The position numbers and the translations under genes were made by a program. The notes under the pieces are model-generated. The model saw only the letters and a list, made by a program, of their open reading frames with translations. It was not told where the DNA came from and ran no database searches. Shown in pieces: positions 38,649 to 52,787 of a DNA stretch of 64,000 bases; the first letter of the stretch is position 1; each line of letters begins with the position of its first letter. Source of the DNA: Raillietiella orientalis (taxonomy: Eukaryota); NCBI GenBank assembly GCA_036172245.1, contig JAYWIR010000009.1, forward strand, positions 4,340,001-4,404,000. The letters run 5' to 3'.

Positions 38649-40291
38649 CATTAGGAACTGATGTTTATTTACGAACAATCTATACCATCAAATGCGTAGA
38701 AAAGAAGGGGTTTATACATCGTTAAAGTTTCGTTTTTCAACATTTATACCCTTTTATTCAGGAGGGGAGCTCCAGAGAAGCAGCTCATTTTGCAACTTCA
38801 AGAATGATGCAGCAAAAATGGGCATTCGCCTTTCCACATAATATGGAACCACATTGTGTCAAAGCAATGATCCAATGCTTCATTGCTACAATTAATGATA
38901 AAATGTCTATAAAGGAACGTATTCGTCTAAATCTAATTGTGTATTATGGATTCCGTACACATTACATAATCAAGGATATATCATTAATCGTGTATTTGTG
39001 AAACTGGACAGTTTCTCGAAAAGTGTTGTATACATTACCTCTATTAATATAAATACTGAGTTCTTCTGATATATATATTCCCAATAGTAATGTAGCTATC
39101 ACAGTAAAGTTAAATATATTTTGAACTATTGCTCTTTGAAGCAATTAGGCATCAACTGCTATTCAGAAATAAAGAATTCTATAATAATGGACATTAAGTA
39201 TTTTTCGTGTTGACATGCTTCTCCAGTTTACCCTTTTAGCATTTATAGCATTAAGTGACTTCACTAGTGAACTTCGACTGATCTGGAAATAGCAAAAGAA
39301 AATACGCATTATCCTCTAATTATCACGATCAGATTTCTTGCAGCTGCATGGTTCTTAAGATCCAGTTCTTAATGACTGCAGTTTCCCTTTTCTTTCGTAC
39401 TTTTACTCACTTGATATTACAAACATACCAACTTGTTTCTCGAGGCCTTTAGAGGTTTTTTATAAAATAAGTTCTAGGAATGTCAGAGATGCAAATTTTG
39501 CATTTTCCTTCCGTTTCCCTGAACACTGGCAGTGAAGGCTGGTGTACAGTTCGCATGGAGCGGTGCGTACCACGCCAACGTCCTTTCACGCTCGAATCAT
39601 GCAGGTTAGCCTAAGTCGCAAAAACGTCACCGCCGTCGGTTCATCTGGACAGACTCTGTAAAATGCAAGGATGAAAACGGAAAAGGAGGATACTGTAAGA
39701 GCAATACGCGAGTGCATTGTATGTGGTGGCTGTTTTCATGGATTTCTCGATAAAGGAATCTTTTTCCATATAGTGTAACGTACAATGTTGCCAATGCTTC
39801 AGACATGTTCGGAATCGACAATAACGATCCATCTAAATCGCAAATGCTATTTCGAAGCAGTCGCTTAACCAAGTACTTAAATGGAAACTAAGAAACGTAC
39901 AGCAACATGCATAGCAACCACTTTTTTGTTTTTAGAAATTGATAGCCGCTTTTTTTTTTTAAATAGTTCACAATTTGCCAGACGGCATGATTTTATTGGC
40001 GCCAATTATTAGTTGGTAGTTTGCGAGTGTTTTGCACCTTTTAGGGTTGATAGCAAGTATCCAGTAGTGCCAATGAAAAAGACACGTATAATTAGTGCCC
40101 ACGATTAGTAATTTTATACATGGAAAAGATCTACCAATCAAAAGTTAAATCTGGATGAGGATGATAATAGTAACCATGGTCGTGTTTTAGTCATTCCTTC
40201 ATTTCAATGTTTCGCCAATTTGGCATTGAAAAGAAATTGGGCACAGGCACCGCTTTTAAATCCACACATGCGATGTTTTGACCAAGTACAG

Positions 40292-41346
40292 TCAACACTG
40301 CGACATTTAAAGGTATGATGGAAACTCCAGAAGATATTCAGAAGTGGATTGATGAAAGAAAAAGGTTAGATTTGATGAGTTCCATAACGTACCAAGCAAT
40401 TTCAGAAAGTATCCTACCTTTAAGAATATTGAAGAAAAGAAAGAAAAGGAAAAAGAACAGACATGTAGAGGAGAAGTTTTGAACAATTCCGATTTCTGTA
40501 GAAGATTTGCATACCACTTAAAAAGAAATAAAAAAAGTGTGGTGATTAAACTGTACAGTTATTATAACAGCTTATTTAGGAAAACCAGATAGAATTGTTC
40601 CAAGACTTTCAGAAGGATGTTTTGCAAAAAAAGTTTGCATTTCATCCAATGAAGGGCTCCATTGTGATGAAAGTACGGATATACCATATGCTGCATTCAA
40701 AGGAGCAGGTAGATGGGAAAACTAAATTGCAAACTACTGTATTGTAGGAACTATTAGGGATCGCCATGTTGATTTGGAAGAGTCTTATATCACAAATGAT
40801 GATACAGGTAATATATATTTTCGAACAAGGTGTGCATCTTTTTGTAGTATATATTACAGATTCTGAAGATGAAGCTTTTTTGTGTGACAAGGAAGATACA
40901 GGGATTTCACAAGTTCTTCATGCCCTAATGGGAGCCTACAAAAGTGAAAATGAAACAGAAGAGGATGGAATTGAAGGTTTCTTAATTTTGAACCATATAT
41001 GTCTACACTTTTTGATTTTATAAAGAAGAGAAATCTCAGAAATCATTGGTCCCAATGTCAGAACATTGCCCATCATCTAATGAAAAAGCAGTGAACAAAA
41101 AAAATAAGCGCAGACCTAAGAAATCATCACAACATTACAAGGGAAAAGCAGCTGACATTACTACCAGTACAAAGTCAAAATCACATCCCACTTCTAATTA
41201 CAAACTGACGCTTTTGGAAAAAGTAAGACAAACATGGAGGCACTTCTCATATTTGTTTTTAGCTTTTAAGTAGTGAGATTCGCCATGAAAGAAATGTCAT
41301 TTTGCAATGTGTACGATATGCAATTAGGAACAATTTTTTTCAATAA
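40292..41346 (+). CDS. NUFIP1: Nuclear FMR1-interacting protein 1 (box C/D snoRNP assembly factor); 5' end unresolved
   Basis: ETPEDIQKWIDERK|RKYPTLKNIEEKK (NUFIP1/Rsa1 PEP motif across the 41-nt intron 40365-40405), ALMGAYKSE, and a C-terminal TLLEK|LLSSEIRHERNVILQCVRYAIRNNFFQ*. The start codon and upstream exons (about 39.7-40.3 kb) are not resolved. Confidence 0.88.
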
Positions 41347-42892
41347 AACTTATGCACTAAAACATTACAAAGACTAATGCTAGCACATTGCTTTCAATAC
41401 TGCTTTTGACTAGTGGAACCATGGTACTAGTCTACAGATTACAACATTATTGAAGATACACCTATGGAGACAGGAGAGCAGCAAAACATCAACTTTTGAG
41501 CAGAACTGCATTGTTAGGGGAGAGAGTATGATTATTTGTCATTCAAAGATCTTAATGGTAAATAGAATAAAAAGATTAAAAGCTTTTTTGGCATTTGTGT
41601 TTAATGAATCCGTGCATCTCAAAGTCCAAACTTGAAATATTTATGTTTATTTTCTTAAAAAGATTTCTCGCTTGCACATTTATCTTGACTTTGTGATTTA
41701 CGCTGTTAGAAATAACATACACCAAGGTCAGTGCTAATATTTAACAATAATGTGAAAGTTTTCTATGAACAATAGAGGACTTTATGGACAACCAAAAAAT
41801 GCTTGAGACTAAGCTAAGAACCAGATATCTTTATTAATGCTTGATTTGCAACACTATAACACAAAAAAAAAAAAAAACGGACTGAAAATTTGTTGGCGCC
41901 AACTCAAAATCGAGATAATCAATGCAACTACAGGTACAATCATTTACCTGATTTTTGGGGAAGTTCTTCATGAAATAAAAGGTCAATTACAAAGCTGTCT
42001 GCTGTTTGGTGTTGAGTTTTGGCTTAGCTAGTTTGAAATGAAAGGAAAACGTGTACAGAACAAATATTACAAATGTATGAAGTGTAACACCTATTTTGAA
42101 TGCTATGTGTAATAAAATTTTTAGAAAAAGCGGTACAACCCAAGATTGTACAAAACAAAACAGACTTAGAGCATAACAGGTTCAAACCTCAACCCTTACT
42201 GAAGGAATTAATATCATCTGATGAATTTTCTGATTCCTAATTATGCAGTGTGTGGTGATGTTCAGAAAAACTTAATTGAAATGAAAAAAATTGGTTAAGT
42301 GCATAAATTTACAAAATACTTACACTTATAATGTGTGTAAACATAAAAATGCATAATTCTCTAGAAAACAAAGTCAATTCTAACTACTGAGAATTTGCTT
42401 TTAAGGCTAAATCATCCTATCCTTTATGTTTCATAAGATTCTCGAAATGTTTGCAAAAAACATCACTACTGCATTTGATCTCCTTTGGTTTTTTAATCTT
42501 ACTGTTCTGTTCACTGTAATATCCAGCACTGAATTTGCTGACTGCTGTGTTCCAGAATATGAAAACAGGGTATATCAAAATTGCATAAAACACTGAACAG
42601 TAAACACTTATAGAAAACTTTTCACACACAAACTATGTATTTATACGTAAGTATAAATACATACTTTGAATAGATCATTTAAAAAGATCACACAAATAGA
42701 TCATTTAAATATAGATAATATAAATGATGAATGGTATAAGCCAAAGAATTAGGTGCTTGCTGCCATGGAGAATTTTAAATCCTCATATCCACTTTTTAAT
42801 TTCATCATCTCTACAATAATAAAATTTATTGGATACGATAAAATAATTCAGCTGCTATTTTTGTTGCACAGGTCATAAAAAATTACATACAG

Positions 42893-44646
42893 TTAAAGAA
42901 CTTTGCTTGTTGTTACAATATGCTGACAAATCTTTCTTGGAAGTTGTAGTAGATGGTAAGGCATAGAAACCAAGAGAGTTCTCACCAAAGTTTGAAGGCA
43001 TTGCTTTACATACTCATTAAGCCAATTAAGGATTTACAACTTTAGTGTATCACATAAATAACAAATAATTCAATTAAATGCTAAATGCAAGATGCAAGAA
43101 TCATACCCAGAGTTGTAGTAACAAAGCTGCCATGTACTCTAATGAAAGCATGAACAGCTCAGTTACTCTCAACAGTTATGCATTTGAAGTGAGACATCAT
43201 ACACTCTATAAAAACAATTCTGATAATTTGAAAATTTTTCAGGTTCATTTTAAACAATATTTGAAAGGATATCATAAATTTGCATAGCTGTGTCCTCCAT
43301 TGATGTAAAGAACATAAGAAAATCCATCTCTAAAGTTATCATTAATGGAATAGTAATATGGCAGGAAAGCATGCAAACTGGAAAGCATCTTTATGAAAAC
43401 TTCCACTTGACATTTCTTAACCAATGAAAACAAAGCTTCCATTTCATTTACATTTTCTCTATGCAAATCACATGAACATAGAATTTTATACAAACCGGAA
43501 TTTTTTGCCTTCATAAAATTTGATAGCAGGAGTGTTTGTTGTCAAGACATGCAGCAGAACTGCCTTACATGATTGATGTTCTGGGCTTGTCAGATGTAAC
43601 AAAAGATTATTAAAAAGAAGAGATGCTATACCCTTTAAACGATATTGTTCAGATACACCCAAACTAAGAATGTAAGCTACATATAAATCAGAACCAACAT
43701 AGTGGGATAAAATGGATGCATCCTGAAAAATGGTTTAAAATCAAAACATTATAAATAATTAGCATTCAAAACAAATAAAGAATGGCACTATAATAAAATC
43801 TCTTTAAAGAAACATTTTTAATAACACATGAACAAAAACATCCTATAAGTCTTATGATAATATAAACACAAAACTTTTCTAAGATTTATTTCTTTAATAT
43901 AAACATTAATCATATATTTCAAAATAATGTCCATATCCATAAACAATCTGTATACTTAAGCACCAATGCTTTTCAATTGTGTTCCACTTACTGTTGTATT
44001 TTCAAGGAATAGTATCCGAATTAAACAAGCTCAAAAATACCATGGAAGAAAAACAATTCATTATGAAAATTTCTGATACACATCCCATCAAATGCCATAG
44101 TAATTTAGTGGGATTAAGAAGTCATTTACCTCCTTATTGAGATGACTGTACAATTTGACTTCTACAACAATAAAACCAATAATCACTCCCTGATAAAGAG
44201 CTGCTAAAGAATAAAACTTTGGGTCTGATGTAATATTTTCATACCAAGAATCAGGATAGCCAACAGGGAACCACTGATTACAGAGGTTTCTTACCTAAGA
44301 AAGCAAAGATATATCATAAAGAATATATATTATATTTCCATTTCTTCGAAATTCAAACTTTACTTAATCTTAGAAAGAATGATAATAGTTACATCCTCTA
44401 AATCAGCAGGGCACAAAAATCGTAACTGCACTTCATGCAGTAACAATGAAAAACTCTGTGTAGATGCCAATGGCTTCTGCTGCGTGCACTTGGTAATATT
44501 TCTTCCATACCTAGAAACAAAACCAATGATCGAACACACCATGGATACAAAAATCGATTCCTTTCAAAGATCATAAGTTGAGAATACTTGGCTGTTTCAG
44601 TTTTCTTTATCAAAACTGAAGGTACAAACATCCCAATGTCAGACAT
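42893..44646 (-). CDS. NAA60: N-alpha-acetyltransferase 60 (NatF), 6 coding exons
   Basis: Exons 44646-44588, 44510-44393, 44294-44130, 43722-43496, 43377-43273 and 43016-42893. Motifs: QLRFLCPADLEDV, WFPVGYPDSWYENITSDPKFYSLAA, VAYILSLGV...GIASLL, LLHVLTTN..AIKFYE, FLPYYYSI...DGFSYVLYINGGH, then an amphipathic EYVKQCLQTL tail. The first exon is less certain. Confidence 0.94.
43017..43272 (-). other. U12-type (minor spliceosome) intron of NAA60, AT-AA termini
   Basis: 5' splice site ATATCCTTT at 43272-43264. Branch site TCCTTAAT at 43032-43025. The frame is restored by an acceptor after ...GGCTTAA (43017). Confidence 0.82.
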
Positions 44647-47600
44647 CAAAAAAAAAAGGAAAGAACTTTCAAACAGATTGCCCAGAACTGCACTACAATG
44701 TTCTCACATGCTTTCACATGCTTACAAGATTCCTAAGGCACAAAAAATGTACCACATACACAAACCATGATTCTCACTATCAAGTTAGTCCGAGAAAGTA
44801 ACAAAGCAGCATTATTTTTTTTAATGTAATAGCCGCGTTTGAAATATATATATTGCAATACGTATGGTCACACAATAGTATTAATCAATAATAAGACTCC
44901 AAATTTATATCGATCAAAAACATGCCAAATCATGATTAGCAATATTCAATACAACGTAAACACACACAAAGATAAAAAAAAAAAGCCTCGTTGCTTAAAA
45001 TGATAACAAAAAAAACAAAAACAAAATGCAGCCATACCCCTTCACAAAAAAATACATTAAGAATATGGTTTACAATTACTAACTACTAGGCCTCAAGAGT
45101 GAACAATATGACACTACCAAATGTCATACGGCGTATATGCGCATCTAACTTTTAAAATTAACAAAATTTACATATTTTACTTTCAATACATGTCATAAAT
45201 AATATGAAAATAAATATCGATTACTTGGATGCATCCTTATAATCTGTATGTACATCGAACTTCATATACAGATACACTTATCTGCACGTTCGAGCCAGTT
45301 GAGGGCCCCGTGTGCATACATATTTAGAAACTCAATGCATACATTAAAAAAATAACGTACCAAGATATTGGGCACATCCGGATAATATGCTTAAGACATC
45401 ACTCTCGAGTATTTTTTTTTTTTCTAAGCCTGCAAGTTACAATGTGCAATCATACAGCTTTCACTTATTCAAGAAATGCATATAAGTCAACACCATAATA
45501 AATTTTGAAAGTGGCAACTTTTCCAGAAATGCAAACACATTTCATACAGATACACAGCAAAAAAATAGGAATTAATAGTTATAAACTTCTCTTAAGTTCT
45601 AAAAGTATTTTCTGGGTAATTCGAGTGTAGATGCAGAATTAATTTTATTAAGTATGTGTGCGCAGACTGTAAAGAAAATTATGAAGATCATAATATCACA
45701 AATCACTCCAAATAAACATTAAGTAGAATACAAGATAAATTGATGAAATATGGAAAAGTATTTAGGCAATCGACAAGATTCCTAAAACTATTGTTCATCT
45801 AATAGAATTCAGCAATTTTTTCTAGTTACAATAAAAATTCCATAATTCATGAACAGTAGAAACTGGTGAGTAAGCAGTATCAAGATAGAAACATCCGGTC
45901 ATTCCATGGCTCAGGAAAAGCACTCAGCTACAATCCTATAATGAAACTCCAGCAGAGGTGATGGTAAAAAGACAATAGCTACCGATTATCGCAGATTTTT
46001 TTTTTAGAAAAAAAATCTGAACAAATGACTCATTTCACAAAATAAGGAAGTGGATAATAAGGAAAACAGAGAGAAAAAATTGCTCCAGAAACCACAATTA
46101 TCACTGTAGCTTGGTGCTTTAGTAGTAAGCAAAGAGAGAATTCACCAGAGAAAAAAATCGGAAGGTGACTAAAAGCAGAAAAACACAAAAAAACAAACAA
46201 GCCGTATCATCGTTAGCCATAAAAGGAACGGATTAAAATGAATGCTTCCATTAATACAAAAAATCCTTCCATCAAATACAGTGAAATATTGAAATAACAA
46301 GTTTTTAGCGTTCTTAATATGTGCGAAGATAAATATAAGCTTCCTCAGGAAAATTAATCTTGAAAAGCAAAAATCATCAATCCTTCCAGTCCACCATGCT
46401 GTTTCATCCGTCACAATATTGTTATTTTCCTCTATCAATAATCCTTACATCGGTTCAAGAGATCAGAATTTTATAAACATTCAGGAACTTTCCTATCAGT
46501 GATAAACCATAAAAAATTAAATAATTCCCAATCTGAACGTTTATCAACCTTAACAGAAAGATCCTTCGGTTTCAATTTACAGTTTAAATCTTGAAATATA
46601 TTACATCTATTCTTTCTCAAGTTCATAAATTTCCAATTGCACATTCAATCGATTCAATGTATCCTTTAAGCACAGGCAGTATCCTAATCCAGAACCGATA
46701 CTCACATGGGATTATTGCAAGTTGTAAAGTTATCCTGAAATTTATCATCATATTTAGAGCCTTTTTTTGGGAAAAACAATAAAACAACCGGAAACATCAT
46801 TTCCATACAGCAAGAAAGCGTGTGGATAGCTATTTCCTATAATGCCATTGTAAATTTCATCATTGCATGCAAAATAAAAGGTTTTACTTAAATTATGAAA
46901 CTGTTTCAAAACAAATTGGAATCTTTTTTTATGAATAAAATTGCATGCGTGATTCAGAGATGCAATAAGAAACCACTAGTCATCGTTGTCAGAGTAATAA
47001 ATTCGTTTACCTGTTAACCGAAACAGAGTACTTCCGTATGACAGACACATGTTCTGGAGACATAGTCAGCTTGTTAACCTAGTCCAAATTCTCTTATGGA
47101 GTTTTCAAAATCACTGTTGTTTGAAGAAATTCGTCCTGCTTAAGTTATTTTCAGCTTTGGTGAAATACTGAGTTTTCTAACCAAAATTCGTGATGACATG
47201 AAAATATTTTTTGGGGGGTCTTTCCATATGCAACTTCCTGAAAAGTCATAATTATATACTCATTATCACTATACACTTCTCTTTCCTACAAACGTAAGAA
47301 GATTGCATAAAATAAATGATTTTTTAGCATTTAAAGAGAATCATAAAATTCATTGAAAAGTCTTTCACGTGTGCTTCATTGGAACATGCCAATTAATTTC
47401 AAGTCGCTGGATGCCTTACTCTGTTATTGTATTTTCTACTAGGTCCCTATCAGAAACTTCATTCTTTTTATGACCTTATAGGCACTAATGAAAATTCAAA
47501 TGGAAGTATGTATGAAGGTTTCCATCGTGTATTTACACAACTAGTCACAAATAGTGATATTGTTGGAATAGAGAATTTTTTCCAACTATAAATCTCAGTT

Positions 47601-50180
47601 TTATTCCTGAGACCATAAGAAAAAACGAGTGAATTTTATTTTTATTTTTTTACATTTTCAGAAAATTTTCAGTTCCCACAAAATAAGATTAAAACATTCG
47701 ATTGATGTAAGACACTAAATTAAGGTCGAGTTTCCTTACCTGTATCCAGTAAGTCTTTATAACATTGCCCCCGAACTAGCAGTCGTTACATATGCAACGA
47801 AGGTTTCAAAATTATTCGAAGGCTTCTTGTGTAATCATGGTTCTATTCAACTTTTGCTTCATTTTTAATTGTAACGTTTGACATCTGACGTGTTTTGTTT
47901 GGCCAAGTTGTGGTTGTTGAGCTTCATAGTGCTTTTGAACAAGTTTTTCATTTCATTTTCCTCCTGGAAAGGTACAAGTCAAGTTTCTACAAAGTATTTT
48001 CCTGCATTTTCGACTTAGGTATCCATTAGGCAATTTCAAGGGAATTGAGACTCTTGTTTCTCTTCTGTATTAGTCATGGTATAAACGTGAAGGTTGTATC
48101 CTACATTCGCCATACTTATGGTCATTTGTTAATCTTTCCACGTCATGTGTTAAATTCATGCAGAAGAGCATGCAAATCTTAATGAGTTTTAGAAAGCTTT
48201 ACTATTTAACCAGTGTCGTCTATTGTATTCAATGCTACTTCATAAATTACTCTGTCATCAGGATTTCCATATTTGCACTGCATGCATAGGTATTTAACAT
48301 AAGAAGAATAAGTGTTGTTACGAAGGAGAAACAGCAACAACACAAATGCTTTTCCAAGGATTGGAATTAGGAGTTTCCTACAAAATTAATTATTATAATC
48401 AAGTATATGCAGAAGGGCAAAATCGTCTACTGTATTAATTAGTGAAATCAGATGGAGTTTTAAACACGGGTCATATTCGGAATTACTTTTCATACCTAAA
48501 AGCACAATTAACACATTTCTTAAAAACACATGAATTTGAAAACTTTTTATTTCTTCAATTTTATTCTTGAATATATTAGAGTACTTCCGGAAAACGAAAA
48601 CAAAAACAAAAAAAGCAATGGCATTAAACATCAATTTTTTTGATTAAGTTTAACTTTTTAGTGTTTTAGATGATTACAAGGTGTAGTGAAGGCTCTGCTG
48701 GAAACTGTGAAGGGATATAACTTAGTTTTCATGTTTGGATGAGATTCACTTCTTTGCATAGATAGGACTGGAATAGATTTAGGCAATCAATTAATTGAGT
48801 TAGGAAATTGTAACGAAAAGGAGTAGTGTAAGTAAGTATTGAATGGAAGGACAAAAAATAGACGATAAATTAATGAAACTTCATATGCTCATGTAATTCA
48901 AATTGAACACAGTTCACTTGTCGAGCCATGTGATGTCATTCCTCCCTGAATTTCTAAGAAAGAATTGCATTGGTGGAAATTTTAGAAATTTTAGAAATAT
49001 ATATATATATAATACTGTTAATTTGTTTTCAGTTTTCCTGTTGGCAATGATTATTGCATTATTCTTCCATTTCCTGAGAATGAAAATTATTCTATTTAAG
49101 GATCTGTAAATAAACTATCATAGTAAAAGTACTCACCTAACCAATTGCAATAAATGTGAATGCTAATCATAGAATTCCTTTTAACAAGTGACAAAAACTG
49201 TACTTACAGAAAAGTACAGTGTTTTTCTTATTCTCCTAATGCGTTATTCAAAAGAGATGTGACAGAAAAAAAAAAATCAGGTCAAAGTGTTTCAACTATA
49301 GTAATTTGTGATCTTTAAAATGATAAATTAATCATCAGTCCGCTTTATGGACAAAGTTATTCGTTTCTAAACAAGAGAAACTTCAATTAGAAGTTCAGCC
49401 GTACTTCGTGTAACTCATGGATATTCATTCAGAAAGTATTTTCTAAACAACATTTCTGAACGAAAAACATGTACACTGAATGTACCTCCATCTGATGTGT
49501 AAGACATAAACACGAAGGAACAACGGCCTTATGTCTCACACGTCAGTTATTAAATAAACATATGTATATCTGTACATAGATGATCATTATCAGGCGGTCA
49601 TTTAGTCGCTATTAAATATTTGTTAAAGCTATATTTTTCATTAAAAAAACTGAATCGTTTTATCAATTCTGTCGCTATTTTTAAGCATGCCTCGAGTCCA
49701 TCGATTCCCGTGCTGGGCAACCTGTTGCCCCGTTTCGAAAATTAATTTTTCTCTCTGCAAGTAAGCCGTCCCATTATTTTCTGTTCCCAGTTAGTTACTT
49801 CTGACAGAGATTTGTACATGGCGAGGCGTGTGCTTCCCTGTACGTTGGAGGAAGGCACCATGGAGGAAAAGAGCGCGTTCCTCAAGCGCGGCCGTCGCAG
49901 CCACCTGCTGAGCCCAACCGCGGTCCTCTTCTGTGCAACCTGTGGTCGCCTTTCAAACGGACCGACGACACAAAACACACCTCAAGAGAGAAATCGGTTT
50001 GCCGTTTCCTTCAGTGTTCCCTTTGGTGCAATTTGTTACCTCGGATTTGTCCGGTCGGCCTCAAAGTCGGTCGCACCCGCGGCCAGTCTTTTGTTTTCCA
50101 CACTCCTTCAAGTGTGTGGAGTCGACGCAACTTTTTGGGCTTTTTGAAGGTTCTGCAGTTTGCTTGCCAAGGACAAAGAC

Positions 50181-52787
50181 ATGCGCTTTGGGACGGATAA
50201 AGAAATCACAACCTTTAAGGATATTGATGACATTTTGAAGGAATGCAATATAGTGAGTGTCAAGATGCTTGTGTTACTTTATTGGTCTGTAACGTATTCA
50301 TGTTTGCTTCATCAGTTGTTGTCTAGATCATTCCAGCAATAGCAGCGAACAAGGGGAAATTTGGGTAATGGTTGAGGCCTTTGTTAATCATGTGTTTTTG
50401 TTTAATTGTTTTATCGTTGTTATTCACCCACCTTTCATGTAGGTCACTTATAAAGATGTTACGAGAAGATGTAAGAAAAGCATCATTTCAGCCACGAGGT
50501 TTGTAGATTGAAGCTTATCAGATACTGTAAGGTGATTGTGTTTATTAACTATACTCATTTATAGAAAAACGAGTAAAATTTAAAGGATTTTCAATAGCGC
50601 CGAACGTATGTGTATGTTGTTTGCAAACTAAAGCAATGAATTTTGGAAGTTTAGTACTTCCAAAATTTAGGCAAAATTTAAGGGCTAATCTAAAGTTTAG
50701 TACTTTAGATTTAATAATTTAACATATTAGACTGTAATGTATCTTTGGCAGAAATAACATTTTTACAACTAAGCATTGTTTCCCTGTTTGAAGGGGGGAT
50801 ATAATGGAGGTATTCAGTATATTCTACTTTATTTTTTTTTTCCGAAACAAAGTTCAAGACTAAATGAAAGGAAGCAATTTTTTTTCCAGGCTCCTAAAGG
50901 ATTATGTAAATCAGAATAAGGAAATATCAGTTACTTACTTTTTATTAGCAGTTGATGATGCTCAAACATACCACATTGTATTGGTACCTGCAAGCAGAGT
51001 GGAAGAAGCAAAAAGAACGTGGAATGTTATCCAACAACATATATTTTGTATCAGTAACCAGCCTATCAATGATACATCTGTCCTTTATACAAGTGAATAT
51101 ACAAAATGGAAGAATATGGATTTTCCCCAAATGTATGCTTGAAATTCTATTGGAAATGTTTGAGTTTGTTTTGCTGCAATAGTCTTCGTGATCAAGCAAT
51201 GGAAGAGAAAAAAGAAGGCAGTAGTTCCAGTGGGAGATCTTCCAAAAATCCAGAAGTTCAAGCATCACCTTTAGAATTAGACAATGTGGATGCTCCTAAA
51301 GTGGATCATCATCAAACATTGAGTAAAGATGTAATTCCAAATCCAAATAAGTCCAAGATTGGGAAATGCAGCAAATGTGTAGTAAGTGTTTCCACTTTTA
51401 TATTAGAAACCATGTTTGCGTGTCTCTTTCATTATGCTTTCATTAAAGTTTTGATTGAATGCCAACTAAATTCCGTACTTGCTTATTAAGAATCAATTCA
51501 CAGAATGCAAGCAATTCCAAACAAAGTAAGTTTTCCAATTAGTGGGTTTCAATTTGCTTTATGGAATCTTTCATTACAACCAAGTACTGGACATTGTACT
51601 TATTGAAAATATGCTATACAGCAGTGCTTTAGCAGAAAACCTTAGATTATTTACCCTACCTTGCAAACATACGCTGAATGTAAAGCTATACCTTGAAGGG
51701 TGTTTGTGGAATTAGCTACACTGTGTATTTACATAGAACAGTGTATCAAGTAATGCAAATCCTAAAAGAAGTGCACATTTCCTATAATTTATTTAGAAAC
51801 ATCATTTGAAACTTTACCTAACCAGTGGAAAAACTTTCATTGGTAATCTTATTGTTTTGATTAAGGTTTCCTACAAAAGTGCCAAAAATTAAACATACTT
51901 TTATGTTGTATTCAGTATTCAGTACATTCATTCATACTTGTATTCAGTTTGCCAAAAAGTGTTGGAAACCATTTTTTTACTGGTTGCAAATTCAGAGAGA
52001 AAACCTTAGATAAGTTTCAATACAGTTACCACATTATCATTTTTAATGATGTGTACACTTATAAGATTTGTAATGAGTGCATCTTCAATACATGAACATG
52101 AAGTCATTCCTTTTTTTTTTTCTTCAAGGGCAAAAGTAATTCTCAAAATAGTGAAAAGAGCAAATTGAACATTAATATATTTGCTAGAAGTTCTCCGCAA
52201 ATTTGCACAAGTGTATCATCATTGCACAAAGTTCATGAGGATAAACCTCCTATGTCTCAAGAGCAAACAAGAAATGATGGTAATCTTCCTTCAACTGACA
52301 AGCCTGAAAATGAGAAAGTTGGCAAAGACACTGTAGTTATTCATGATTCTGATACAGATGTTTCTGATAGTTCTTTAAACAAGACAGGTATTTATTTATA
52401 TTTTTTCTGTCATATATGCTATTATATTTTAATCTCAATTAAGGTAAGGGGTCCCCCAGAAGTAATTTAGAAGACAGTTTGTCTGTGAAGAAGTTAAAAG
52501 CCAAAAAGAGAATGCTTGTGGAGAATACTTATGAAGACAATGAGGGTTTTTTGGGTAATGCAATCTTAAAAAAGAAAGATCATTTGATTTTCTCCTCATC
52601 AGTGACCAAAAAGAAACTACAAAGTTGCAGTGCATCAGATGATAGTGATCAAGAGTTTACCATTTCAGATGAGATGAAGAATCATAAGGAAAAACAGGCA
52701 TCAAAAGCCAATACCAGAAAAGTTCAGAAATTGTGTAGTCGTGTAAAGCAGGTTTCTATTGCAAGTTTTTTTAAAAAAAAATCATAA
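50181..52787 (+). CDS. POLD3: DNA polymerase delta subunit 3 (p66/Cdc27), spliced
   Basis: DIDDILKECNI|VTYKDVT...|LLKDYV..ISVTYFL...HIVLV...HIFCI N-terminal domain, then a low-complexity middle, ENTYEDNEGFL|VTKK and a C-terminal PIP box KQVSIASFFKKKS*. Confidence 0.9.

Noticed and set aside
38750..39900. Possible minus-strand spliced unit divergent from NUFIP1
   Set aside because: An AATAAA and some splice-like sites exist, but no consistent ORF could be assembled.
42417..42629. 70-aa ORF as candidate last exon of NAA60
   Set aside because: The U12-linked exon 43016-42893 gives the expected C-terminus; this ORF lies in the 3'UTR or intergenic region.
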